The notes under the pieces: generated by a model
The model's database searches: none
Told to the model about the DNA's origin: nothing
What the model saw: the letters and a program-made list of their open reading frames with translations, nothing else
Part shown: positions 38,070-50,521 of the stretch, piece after piece
How the letters are laid out: each line of letters begins with the position of its first letter
Position numbering within the stretch: the first letter of the stretch is position 1
Assembly: GCA_951406725.2 (NCBI GenBank)
Contig: OX597820.1
Coordinates: forward strand, 97,650,001-97,714,000
Length of the DNA: 64,000 nucleotides
Source: Octopus vulgaris
Taxonomy: Eukaryota
Direction: 5' to 3'
Position numbers and translations under genes: made by a program

Positions 38070-38790
38070 CACACCTACATCGACGGACAGTCCTAAAGTG
38101 AGCAACATTGTGCGAGTTGGCAGTGAGCTCCTCAAGAAACACTCTCTTCCTATACAGCCCCCAAACCAGTGTGATCTCTTACCTCTGAGAAGACCTGGAT
38201 GGAAGGCACTCAGAGTGCAAAAAAAAAAAAAGACAATGCATGGATATGTTGCCCGGGAGCTTGAAGAATTCGGTAGAATCGACACGAAGCGTAATCCGTC
38301 TTGGACATATCTATATCACATCACACTTTGAAGATTACGCGTTTGCAATCCAGGAACGGGAGATTGCTACAAAGTACCTGGTGAACAAGAGAGACAGTGA
38401 CGCTCTTGTAATCCCAAGGTATAACCGCATATGTAGGCTACGTCATGTTTCTGTGGAAGACATCACGCATGTGATTAGCAGCTGTTCTAAAATGTCGTAA
38501 CGGTACTACCTCCCTATGCGGCACGATGTTGTTGCTAAAACAATTTACAATGCCATCCGCAAAAAAGACTGTCCGGAAATACACTTAGAAAATCCCTGTT
38601 ATGGAATACATTCATAAACACCAGCTCATGGAATACTGGAGGAATATTTTCATCAAAGCTTTTGTCAAATGTAAACATAACACCCCGGGTTATTGTTGTT
38701 TGGGACAGTGGGGCAAAGGTATGTACCATCATAGAGGTCATCTACTCTGCAGATATAAATCAAAGAAAAAGAGGTTATCTATGAACAACT
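38070..38790 (+). mobile_element. R4/Dong ORF fragment (CCHC knuckle to RLE start)
   Basis: MHGYVAR, FEDYAFAIQEREIATKYL, CRLRHVSVEDITHVISSCSKMS*RYYLPMRHDVVAKTIYN, EYWRNI..KCKHNTP. Confidence 0.8.
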
Positions 38791-38791
38791 G

Positions 38792-39077
38792 CTAGTGGTT
38801 AGGGCAGCGGACTCGCGGTCGCAGGATCGCGGTTTCGATTCCCAGACCGGGCGTTGTGAGTTTTTATTGAGCGAAAACACCTAAAAGCTCCACGAGGCTC
38901 CGGCAGGGGGTGGTGATCCCTGCTGTACTCTTTCACCACTCTTTCTCCCACTCTTTCTTCTGTTGGCCTGCTCGCTTAGCCAGCGGGGTGGCGTCATTCG
39001 AAGGCTAAAACAATGCGAACGCATTGTGACCAGCGATGTGTAACAACATCTGATGGTCTGGTCGGTCATGTGATCAT

Positions 39078-39081
<4 letters not shown>
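38792..39081 (+). mobile_element. tRNA-derived SINE (head A + tail 2), slightly 5'-clipped
   Basis: Homologous to 23324-23628. Confidence 0.85.
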
Positions 39082-39142
<61 letters not shown>

Positions 39143-39768
39143 CACATGTGTGCGTCTGTGTGTCCGTGCGGGTTGAATGTCGCGAAAAGCCCTGGCCGGG
39201 ATGGTACTGATAGCAAACTCTCAACTTTTTCTATATCAATTATAAAAACATAAATCCTCACCACAAGAGATACTAAATTCCATATAAGATAATGCATGCA
39301 CTACGTAAAACCTATTTTGATGCTCTTTACAATTCATTAATTAATACGTACATACATACATTACACGCAAACGCATATACATATACATGTGTATATATAC
39401 ATACACACACAAACATACACACATACGTACGTACATACAGATTAATCATGTTTCAGGTGTCATGATAGGACTTTGTTTTCCATATGGCTCTCATTGATAA
39501 CAAAATACTACCTTTAGTTTCTGTGTCACGTATGTGTATCAATGTTTGTATGTTGTGAAATCTTCATTCATATCAAAGATAAATTATCTTTTGTAACACA
39601 CAGACACACACACACACAGACAGACATACATAGACATACAGACAGACGAACACAGACACTGACACACACACAGGCACGCGCCACGCACACACATACACAG
39701 GTGTGTTTGGGATATGTGAGTATACGTTCATGTATGTGTGTGTGTGTGCTTATATATATATCTATCTC

Positions 39769-40138
39769 TCTATATATAAACGGCAGTTTGTCTGTGTGTG
39801 TTTCTGTGTGTCTGTTAGGTTGTACCCTCACCCTGACCACGGCTTTCAACCGATTCTGATGAAACTTGACACACACATAGCCCAATGTCATAATTCAAAA
39901 CTAACGCAGCGAAAACTTTGAAAAGTTCCCCCAGTTCTGAAAAAAATCGATAAATTCGACATGGGGTCGAGAATCAGAAACACAAACCACAGACTGTCTA
40001 GGGGACGCAACTCGACCTTTTTAACTAAAAAAAAAAATTTACCATAATTTTTTTTTCCATTTTTTGGCTATAACTCTCTAAAAATGCTTTATAGTTATTT
40101 CCCTTACAAACCCGAGCAACGCCGGGCGATACTGCTAG
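39769..40138 (+). mobile_element. Non-autonomous Helitron
   Basis: 5' TCTATATATAAA, (TGTC)-rich leader, 3' GC hairpin CCCGAGCAACGCCGGG then CTAG|T; a second TCTATATAAAA 5' end follows at 40141. Confidence 0.8.
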
Positions 40139-40882
40139 TATCTATATAAAACTGAAATGCGTTTTTACCGCTTGGATCGCTTTCAATGCCACTACATCCC
40201 GTCCGATTCACTCCAAAATTTACAGGGACATGTAGAATGAGGTGACGATGCCCGTGGGCTACCTTAGAAATCCCTATCTTAAAAGGTGTGGTTGCTAGGG
40301 GCCATCTTCCTCACTCACGCTTTTTCCTCCATTCCCCTCTAACTCCCCTTCATTTATAACTTTGACAAGTCCACTCCCGTTATTTAATGTATCTGACTTC
40401 CTCAACTCACTCTCGCTATTTCCTCTCTTCCAAGCACATTTTCACTCATTCTATTTCTTACCTTCCTATAACTTTTACTCATGTATATGTCTGCATTTAT
40501 AGAGAGAAACAAATATTCCATCGCCATCGCCATCGCATTCTATTGTCTACCTGTCAACGCGCCGATCGACCAAATACAAACAGAACATAGTGATAACATA
40601 GGTTTTTCGTATCTATTACATTTTAACATTTATTTAGAAACCTGCAAATTTTTCGTGCTAAATTTTCATTTTTTACTACTTTATTATTTTTTCTTAAATT
40701 GATGCTTTTATTAAAATTAATTCTAATTGTCTGGGTCAACAGTTCGTTTCCTCGGAGGATATGGAAATTCTTATTACCCGTCAGAGAAATAACTCCAACA
40801 GCTCACAACTATTTCAACAAAGAGAAGGTTACCTGCTTACCAGTCGAATTCAGCGTCAACGCTCCCGTATGAGAGAGACTCC

Positions 40883-40966
<84 letters not shown>

Positions 40967-41762
40967 ATGTGTGCATTATGTGGTCGGTTGAGCTGAAAAT
41001 ATGCACACCTATGTTAAAAGTGCTGGCAAGTTTGCATGACAACTATTTTTTTCCTCAAATGAAAGGCGTGACCTCTAGGATAAAATTCCTCATCTTATAA
41101 AATGTGGCCCCAGTAGACCCGAATGCAATCGGGTTATATTAACCAAAATGTGAAAAGGGGTCTAAATGGGGCTTGAAGGGGATTAAAATTTAAAGGAGCG
41201 GGTGTTTAGCAATTCTCTGTTACATCAAGCTAAAAAATTTGCGCGAGCCTTTTAATCGTCAATGCGTTGCCGTCCATGATGAAGAAGTTTTCAATGCTTG
41301 CCATGGTGAGTCTACTGTCGTGAGAAAGAATCAATTCAAAACTTGGTGTTTAGGGATTTTCTTTTACATCAAGTTCAAAATTTTACGCCAGCCGTTAAAC
41401 TGTCAATACGTTGCTGTCCGTCGTTAAGAAATGCCAGCCAAGGTGACTCTACTATCCTCAAATTCTATCCCTTCAAACTTTGGTTTCCAATATTTTATTA
41501 TTTTTATTCAGCTCGCAAGTTCGTCTGTCCCTTTTAAATGTTAGTGTTTTGCTGTCTGCCTTGAAGCAGACCTTTCCGTTGTTACTGCCTGATATTTATG
41601 ATTGATCTTTCAAAATATATTCTTTCTCAACTTACTCAAGATCTTTTGTTGTTTATAAATGGGAGAGAGATAGATAAAGATAGAGAATAAGAGAAAGCGA
41701 GGGAGAGTCCGAGAGAAAGGAAGAGTAACAGAGTGGGAAAGTGAGAGAGAAAGGAGGGAGAA

Positions 41763-42075
41763 TCATCATCATCATCATGACCGTTTGACGTCCGTTTTCC
41801 GTGCTAGCACGGGTTGGACAGTTTGACCGGGGTCTGGGAAGCCAGGAGGCTGCACCAGGCTCCAGTCTGATCTGGCAGTGTTTCTACAGGTGGATGCCCT
41901 TCCTAACGCCAACCACTCTGTGAGCGTAGTGGGTGCCTTTTTCGTGCCACCGGCACAGGTGCCAGGGGGGCTGGCAGCGGCCACGATCGGTTGGTGCTTT
42001 TTACATGCCACCAGCACAGAAACCAGTCAAGGCGGCGCTGCAATCGGCCACGTTCGGATGGTGGTTTTTACGTGC
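41763..42075 (-). mobile_element. 5'-truncated SINE-like repeat with (GAT)n tail
   Basis: Contains GGTTGGCGTTAGGAAGGGCATCCA motif; ends ...CGTCAAACGGTCATGATGATGAT on the minus strand. Confidence 0.6.
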
Positions 42076-42152
42076 TGAAAGGAAGCAACAGAAAGTAACA
42101 ACCACACTCTTACCCGCGGTGCAACACCCTAAACACAGGGACATGTACCTAG

Positions 42153-42237
<85 letters not shown>

Positions 42238-42471
42238 CTCTACGTACACAGAAACATAAACACACACACATATAGTTATAAGACCCAAGGTCGTAATCTT
42301 CGGACAGTGCGTGATAGGTATAAAAAAGAGCCTCCAGGAACAATATAGATTTATTGGCGTCGAAAGTTGTAGGCTTTTCCCACATCGAAGATCGATAAGC
42401 TGAATTTTTTGCAATATCCCACAGTTAGCAACTTGAGTTGCTATGAATATGAGTAAATAAATATCCAAATT

Positions 42472-42822
42472 GAAGGAATGGAGCGAGCAAAATACTCGCT
42501 ACATATGTTCTCTGGCTAGCAGATCCTGTGATGTAATAATTAGTCTACGAGGGTACATAACAATCTACTCATCAGGCTAGAGATATCTAAGTTATTTGAA
42601 GGTTATATTGTCGTTAACTCGCCGAAGATATAATTTGAAATAATATTTTCAGGGAGTTAATTTGGAATTCCTTAACAACAGTGTAACCGTCATATAATTA
42701 ATTAAATTATCTTTGGCCTGATGAATAGCTAGTTGAGTACGCCTCGTTGAGTAATTATTACATCAGAGGATCTGCTATTTAGGAAACATATGTGAACTAG
42801 ATTTTACTTCCTTCGTTCTCTC
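42472..42822. repeat. Old imperfect palindrome of about 350 bp (foldback/MITE-like)
   Basis: CATATGTT..TAGCAGATCCTGTGATGTAATAATTA..TCATCAGGC mirrored by GCCTGATGA..TAATTATTACATCAGAGGATCTGCTA..AACATATG. Confidence 0.75.
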
Positions 42823-42830
42823 AATTTGGA

Positions 42831-42912
<82 letters not shown>

Positions 42913-42992
42913 CCTATCTATCTACCTACCTACCTACCTACCTACCTACCTACCTACCTACTTACCTACATACCTACCTGTATATGTATCTG

Positions 42993-43926
42993 TCCTTGTT
43001 TTGTATACATTCGAGGCTTTCTTCCAAGGAATCTAATGCGCTTGGCTTAGATTTTCCTTTGGGGCTAGCCAGATCGGAGCAATCTCAAGATTAATCAGCC
43101 GAAATTGTGAGGATGATCCGGTTCTTGACTGAAGATTGAAGGCTTCGAATGTCCCGTCCGTGTTTTTAGTATCGTCTCCTAAATGTTTTACGTTCTTGTC
43201 CCAGTTTGTATTTTTTTACAATTACATATATATATATATAAGCGACGTTCGTACCCTTTTTTGGTCTTTAACACATGGTACGACTCTATAACACTGTCTC
43301 TCTCTCCCCTCTCTATCCCCCTCTCCTACATTTCTCTGCCTTTCACACTTTGCACTCCACTTTGATCTGTCTCTTTCTCTCTCTCTCTCTCTTCTCCTCC
43401 TCCTTTGTTCCTTGTTCCCCTTCTTTCTCTCGTCATCTGTCCCTCTTTTCCTCTCTCTTCTCACACGTGACTAGCCGACCGATTGCTAGCCTTTTCGTGG
43501 CCAGCAGCCGTCGCAGCAAGACACATTTTTTTCTCTCTCTCTCACCCTAAGGTATATTTCTAACGCCAGCTCAAAATTTATTCGTCCTGTCGAAAAGACG
43601 CTTGTCTGTGACGTCCTGTTCTTGTTATTATTATTATTATCATTATTGTTTTTACGTATTTTTGTATTTTTATTTCTGTAACATCGTCCGGTTTTCCGTC
43701 CTTGTTTTGTATACATTCGAGGCTTTCTTCCAAGGAATCTAATGCGCTTGGCTTAGATTTTCCTTTGGGGCTGGCCAGATCGGAGCAATCTCAAGATTAA
43801 TCAGCCGAAATTGCGAGGATGATCCGGTTCTTGACTGAAGATTGAAGGCTTCGAATGTCCCGTCCGTGTTTTTAGTATCGTCTCCTAAATGTTTTACGCT
43901 CTTGTCCCAGTTTGTATTTTTTTACA
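42993..43926 (+). mobile_element. Direct repeats of about 228 bp (42993-43220, 43698-43925) around a pyrimidine-rich spacer; PLE pLTR/retrozyme-like tandem
   Basis: Near-identical repeats each ending at (TA)n; spacer resembles the C/T tract of the PLE 3' region at 4998-5310. Confidence 0.7.
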
Positions 43927-44205
43927 TTTACATATATATAATTATAATTAAGGGCACTGAAGGAACAGCGTCTATAAACCTACTTAGAATTTGCACTCCA
44001 TTAACTCCTCCTATTCGTTCTAATAGAGTGCAAATTCAAAGTGTTTTATAGTCGTCTGATATCTGTCTCTAGCATAGGCGCTGTTCCTCCAGTGTTCTTA
44101 GTTATAATTATATCTAATTATATATTTATATATTGATTCTTCCTATATGGGTTTGATTATATGCTGGCCACTGATAAAATCACTAATTTTTAATGATTTT
44201 ATCCT

Positions 44206-44281
<76 letters not shown>

Positions 44282-44317
44282 ATATGTATGTATGTATATG
44301 TATATGTATATATATAT

Positions 44318-44668
44318 TGGGTAAGGGTAAGGACAACCTTCGGTCATGAATGACTATGGAATTGTACCTAGAAAATTCACCTTCGAGGCACAAGGCCGTG
44401 CAAGGCCGTGCTTATGGAAGACCTCCAGTTGCCCATACATACCAACCTCCCCTCTTCACGCCACCGATGTTATCCAAGGGAAAAGCAAAAGCCGATACAG
44501 CTTGATACCAGTGACGTCACAACGCATTTCTACAGCTGTGTAAACGGGAGCAACGTGAAAATAAAATGTCTTTCTCAAGAACACAACCCACAGTCCAGTC
44601 CAGGAGTCGAACTCACTACCACATGATAGTGAACTCGACGCTCTAACTATTGAGTCATGTGCCTTACT
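44318..44668 (-). mobile_element. SINE (head D + tail 4); related copy at 57900-58232 (+)
   Basis: Core TGTGTTCTTGAGAAAGACATTTTATTTTCACGTTGCTCC; tail ending (TTACCC)n. Confidence 0.7.
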
Positions 44669-45039
44669 GGCCAGTTGCCTTTATATGAACAACATAGACA
44701 AATATACATATATCAACATTCAGTATAAAGTCTTGATGTGTTAGAATTATCAGATGCTTCAGAGCATGTGTCACCATGCTCTGAATGGCAATGAAGACAC
44801 CTCCATAGGGGAAGGGGAGATAATCGCAACAAACAAAATTTCTCCGAAGGTGACAAGCAATTAAAGGAAAAGAACAGGGTTATTGTTTGGGTATAAGAGG
44901 ACTGTTGTGGACACATAGATATATTTATCCACAGGCTAATACATACATATACACAACCATTCACAAACAGACACAGACAAATACACAGACTCACACGCAT
45001 ACACACACATACATACATTTATTTATGTCCAAGACAGTG

Positions 45040-45332
45040 TGTGCTAGTTGGTACGATCAACCGAAGAGCATGCTCGTGATATGAACGTGCAAGTGACTGA
45101 TCACTCTACAGACACGCGTCCACTTAAAGTAGTTCTCAGGAAGATTCACGGTGACATAGTATGACAAGTCCGATCCTTTGAGTTACAGATACTAATATTT
45201 TTTTCCAGTTCAGGGGACTGGAGCAGCGAGAAATAAAGTGTCTTGCTGAAAGACACATCATCCCGCTGGGCATCGAATTCACGACTTTACGATCGTAAGC
45301 TGAATACCCTAACCACTAAGACAGGCACCTTT
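45040..45332 (-). mobile_element. Diverged SINE (head D + tail 1)
   Basis: Aligns with 13315-13640. Confidence 0.7.
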
Positions 45333-45392
45333 ACATATATACATTTATTTCAGGGGACGTGATCGATATATATATATATATATATGTAAAGG

Positions 45393-45458
<66 letters not shown>

Positions 45459-45499
45459 TACATGCATATATGTACATACCTACATATATATACATGCAT

Positions 45500-46128
45500 A
45501 TATGTGTACAGGACATCAAAGAAATGTTGAACACAATGAGAAACGAAAACAAAAAAAAAAAAACCCACAGAAAACGAACTTTTCGAACAACGAAAAAAGC
45601 AGAGAAAGGAGACATGCAACATAAAGAATACCCCCCTTCATCAGTTGTCCCTGTTTCATCCATACCGCGTTCCGAAGGTAAGGACAATACGCAACTTCGT
45701 TGAAACAGTCCTTTCCGCAACATGAATTCAATAAAATTTGGGATTTTTTGCAGAGGGTGAAAGTGGTAACAAGAACAGGACAGTGAGAACAAGACAGTAA
45801 AAACAAAAGATAGAAAAATTATGAACGCTAGGTGGACGAGCTATGAGAGGAGACAAGTATAAGCACGTCTTGTCTTCTGGAAGGAAATGGACAGAAAGAT
45901 AGATTCCCTTTCGTCACGTGTCAGCTACGAGAGAGTCAGGAAGGAAGAGTGAGAGAGAGGGAACGGTGAAGAGGGGAGGAGAAGAATAGGGAATGGTGGG
46001 AGAGAAAACCAGAAAGGATGAAGAACAAGAGAGGGAGAGAGATAAACAGAGAAGAGATAGTAGAGATAGAAGAGTGCGCATCGTAATTATTAAGATAAAA
46101 CTTACTTGGAAAAGATGCGTGGCGTTCG

Positions 46129-46130
<2 letters not shown>
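45500..46130 (-). mobile_element. PLE-like 3' region (pyrimidine tract + pLTR) with degenerate hammerhead-like motifs
   Basis: (TA)n-bounded; purine-rich on + at 45940-46075; minus strand carries ...TTCGGAACGCGGTA...CTGATGAAGGGGGG. Confidence 0.5.
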
Positions 46131-46193
<63 letters not shown>

Positions 46194-46279
46194 ATCCAAA
46201 CAAGAAAACACAGAAAAAAATACAGCAACGCGAGGACGTGGAACAATTAAAGTATTATTTGACGCTCAGGAAAGAAGAG

Positions 46280-46329
<50 letters not shown>

Positions 46330-46499
46330 GTATACATACAAGTATATATGCATATCTATGTACTATATATATATTGACATACATGTATTGATATATAAGT
46401 GTACACATATAACATGTGCATGGGTATGTATATATAAACACTCAGACATTCAACCACACATATAGGTAGTACAGACATACATACATGCATAAACATTTA

Positions 46500-46579
<80 letters not shown>

Positions 46580-46766
46580 ATTAGTAGTTAATTAAGTATA
46601 TGGTATACACCTGATAGTTTGCCGGTAAAGCACGTTCACTGCCTATGACTAACTGAAGTCATTCGCGGTATTATGTCACTGGATCTACCTCAGAAATTCC
46701 GCTGTGTTCATCGGGTATGTAATCAACGAGAGAGATGGAAGATAGAATATACGAGAATCTCTAATG

Positions 46767-46867
46767 ATCACTATCACAATCATTTCGACCCATCTAGCAT
46801 CGACTCCTCGCGGTTGAGGTTGAGGTTGAGGTGCATCCCTCGGTGTAGATATGTTTCCTCAGGTGAT
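46767..46867 (-). ncRNA. Type I hammerhead fold with extended stem II, in a probable solo pLTR (about 46600-46960)
   Basis: AUCAC-CUGAGGA-AACAUAUCUA-[loop]-UAGAUGGGUC-GAAA-U(GAUUGUG)A-UA-GUGAU; perfect stem I AUCAC/GUGAU; AUA site. Confidence 0.65.
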
Positions 46868-47022
46868 TTTAAGAGGTATCTCGTTAAAATAAACTCTGTT
46901 TCGCACAACTTATTACCGTGTTTTACTTCTTGCATTTTACAGATAGAAATGGCAAAATAACACATAGTGCTTCATTCTTATAAAAAAATCAATGATGAAG
47001 AGAAGATACAAAAAGAAACAAA

Positions 47023-47145
47023 TCTATATTAATAAACGCGAACTTCTGCCTGTCTGCCCGGGACCCCTGTATCTCGGTCTACATTTTCTCTGCATAGACA
47101 TATTATACCTTTTTGGAATCAGGATGGTCCCGGGATTGGCAATCT
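47023..47145 (+). mobile_element. Helitron-like 5' fragment; second copy at 48388-48504
   Basis: TCTATATTAATAAACGCGAACTTCTGCCTGTCTG...; two copies ending at the same point (GGCAATCT). Confidence 0.55.
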
Positions 47146-47494
47146 GCCCTTCAGTTGGTTCTCAGACATCCAGCATTAGGATCTGATTTAAAAGCATTTG
47201 AGCTGCTATTTCTAGCAGGTAAAGCTTGGCTCATTCACGCCACCTTGGTTGGCGTTTGTCAGATGACGTCAGTGATCAAGGGCAAGGGCTGAATAAATGA
47301 CACTCGCTTCGTTAATTTTACGTCGAGATAAGCACTTTGGGACAGATTGGCTAACAATTGGAATTCAACATGGGACGGGAACAATAGAATGATTGCTCTA
47401 CAGAATTAATCCGCATCCGTCCTTAACCTCTCATCAAACACTACTGGGGCATATAGCCATTATAGACGTATTATAGTAATGCTCTCTTTATTCT

Positions 47495-47882
47495 TTTTAC
47501 TCTTTTACTTGTTTCAGTCATTTGACTGCGGCCATGCTGGAGCACCGCCTCTTAGTCGAGCAAATCGACCCCGGGACTTATTCTTTGTAAGCCCAGTACT
47601 TATTCTATCGGTCTCTTTTGCCGAACCGCTAAGTGGCGGGGACGTAAACACACCAGCATCGGTTGTCAAGCAATGCTAGGGGGACAAACACACACACACA
47701 CATATATATATATATACATATATACGACAGGCTTCTTTCAGTTTCCGTCTACCAAATCCACTCACAAGGCATTGGTCGGCCCTGGGCTATAGCAGAAGAC
47801 ACTTGCCCAAGATGCCACGCAGTGGGACTGAACCCGGAACCATGTGGTTGGTTAGCAAGTACTTACCACACATCCACTCCTG
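47495..47882 (-). mobile_element. SINE family B
   Basis: Reverse-complement match to 8161-8613. Confidence 0.85.
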
Positions 47883-48959
47883 CTATTTAACTCTCTTTAG
47901 TTTTGGGCTGCACGCCAAATTAGCCATACGCGGAAGCTACCTTAAAAGTCCGCTCGGAGTGCGGCTTTTTAGCTAGTATATAACAGATATGGATATACAA
48001 ACACACACACACTCGTGGTCTGGCGTACCTACACAAGCACATACAAACGTACACGCACATACAAACGCATACACGCATAGCCTTGCGCACATACACACGC
48101 TCGCACACGCATTTAAGTAGGTGTTGTCAAAGCCAGTGCCAATTAATGGCCAGAGAGGGACCACACTGCTTGGTGAGTAGTCACACATGCCGTGCTACTC
48201 TCTACTGGGTCTAGCTCGCCTATCTTTATGGTTCTTGAACACTCATAAATACCATCATAAAGATAAACATACATCATAAAATCAGGAGGTTGCAGAAGTA
48301 AATATATATTTATTTAACTACAACTTTCAGGTCGTTTCTTCATACAGTGTTGATTTCAGTCTGCAAGAAATATACGTACTCCTTTGCATTAATAAACGCG
48401 AACTTCTGCCTGTCTGTCCGGGACCCTTCTATCACGGTCTACATTTTCTCTACATAAACATATTATACCTTTTTGGAATCAGGATGATCCCGGGATTGGC
48501 AATCTTCTGGGCATCAAACAATACAACTGTCTCTTCAAACATTAATGCAAATAAAGAAAGCTAGTTCACCAGATCCCCAGAACATCATGAGACATTTTAC
48601 ATTACACTAATTTGTAAGTGTTTTTTACGTGGACTGATAGCCGAGTTCGTAGGAAGAGCTTACTGTGTTAGCCGCACGATTCTCGGAATCCATATTCTAC
48701 ACTACTCTTATGAGTGCATGCGTGCACACGCGTGTGCGTATGTGTGTGTGTGTGTGCGTTTGTGCATGTATCGTGATATATACATATAACTAGTGCTTAG
48801 AACACCGTATATTCTTTTATATTTCGTAAGATGCGTCCGTAAAAAGAAATTGTAAAATATTCAAGCGGCAAAGAAATAAAGTATATGCTGGAAATTTCAA
48901 GCACTCTGCTATTGGTTCATAAGCTTATTGCACTCAATACACCAGCTCAGGAGGCATTA

Positions 48960-49640
48960 CATTCCCGAAATCATAATCAGTGCGTAATCTGAAAATCCAC
49001 ATGAATAATGATGCATCATTTCGTGCACATAGTGCAAAGATGGTAACAATATGTAGGCGATTGGCTGGTTGGACTGTGAGGTGAGATCTTTCAGAAAAAG
49101 AAAGCAGAAAACGATGTTGATCCTGTGGAGATCACTTGTTCCAATTATATTTGCCACGTAGCTTCGAGCTAAGGGCAGAACTTGAGGCACTCTAATGCTG
49201 CTTCACCAAGAAGATTGCCCAGGTGTAACGTATGAGCTATTGGGAGAAGTAATGAAAGTGAAGCTCTACTCCTTAGAGCGAAGTAGTGAAATATATAGAG
49301 TATTATATAAATGGAAAATTCTGGTGATTTTCACAGTCCTAACTTTGGGATTGAAGGCTATGCCAGTTCCCAAACTGGCTGCCACTGCATGGTACTAAAG
49401 TTCTTATTTTCTCCATCTAGACTAAGGACCTAATATTGTAACAATTTTTGGTTCAAAAACCCATAGGTTTTCAATACCGTGCAAAAAAAAACTCAGAGAT
49501 CTACGAGTTGTAGATGTGGATGTATTTAAGAAAACATTTCGACAAATTCTTATCTGAGATATGAGATGGACCAACATTGCGGTAAAAACGTATATGAGGG
49601 TGGCGTTGTCCAGCACCCTTAATCATGCAGACCAAACAGT
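48960..49640 (+). mobile_element. Heavily decayed CR1/L2-group LINE ORF2 3' part
   Basis: TMLILWRSLVP, FTKKIA, KLYSLERSSEIYRVLYKWKIL, LRDLRVVDVDVFKK. Confidence 0.65.
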
Positions 49641-49854
49641 GAGAGAAGGTCATGGAAATTAAATAAATTGACAATCAGAGCAGAGTCGATGTACCATTAT
49701 GGTAACCTCTCTGGTCTGAAATAAGTAAACGTATGTATGTATGTATGCATATACCTTTATATTTATATGTGTGTATTGGTGTGTCTGTATGTATGTATAT
49801 ATATATGTATATATGTTTGTATGTGTGTATATATATATATATATATTATTGTAT

Positions 49855-50143
49855 GTTCCTTCTCGAGCCATACCTGGCTCATAGGGCCGGTTTCCCAGTT
49901 TCCTTGGCGTATAGGTTCGCCACCTGGATGGGACGCCGGTCTATCGCAGGTGAGCTGCAAGATGCAGGAGGGAAGAGTGAGTGAAAGTTGTGACGAAAGA
50001 GTCAGCAGAAGTTCGCCATTACCTTCTACCGGAGCCGCGTGGAGCTTAAGTGTTTCGCTCGTAAACACACGCACCGTCCGGCCTGAGATTCGAACCCACG
50101 ATCCCTCGACCGCGAGTCCGCTGCTCTAACCACTAGGCCTCCA
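49855..50143 (-). mobile_element. tRNA-derived SINE (head A + tail 3)
   Basis: Homologous to 1141-1436. Confidence 0.8.
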
Positions 50144-50249
50144 CACACACACACAGGAATAACAGATTCAGTTGAATTAGACACTTAAGTTGAGGCACCA
50201 AGTCTGTCCAGTATTATCCGCACACCTCGAAGTTAGGTGAATAAAAAGC

Positions 50250-50328
50250 AAATAAGTAACAAGGATGTCCAGGTATCAGGGCAAACGGCCGTAATGCACT
50301 GATACCTGGATATCCTTGTTACTTATTT
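50250..50328. repeat. 30-bp-arm hairpin
   Basis: AAATAAGTAACAAGGATGTCCAGGTATCAG / CTGATACCTGGATATCCTTGTTACTTATTT with one G.U pair and a 19-nt loop. Confidence 0.85.
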
Positions 50329-50487
50329 GATTATATATGCGTGTGTGTGTGTGTTTATATCTATTTTCGTGTATACGTATATGTTTGTATACTTATACAC
50401 ACACTCACTAACACACACACATATATATGCATACACATATATATGCATGCATACATACATACATACATACACACATACATACATACA

Positions 50488-50521
<34 letters not shown>

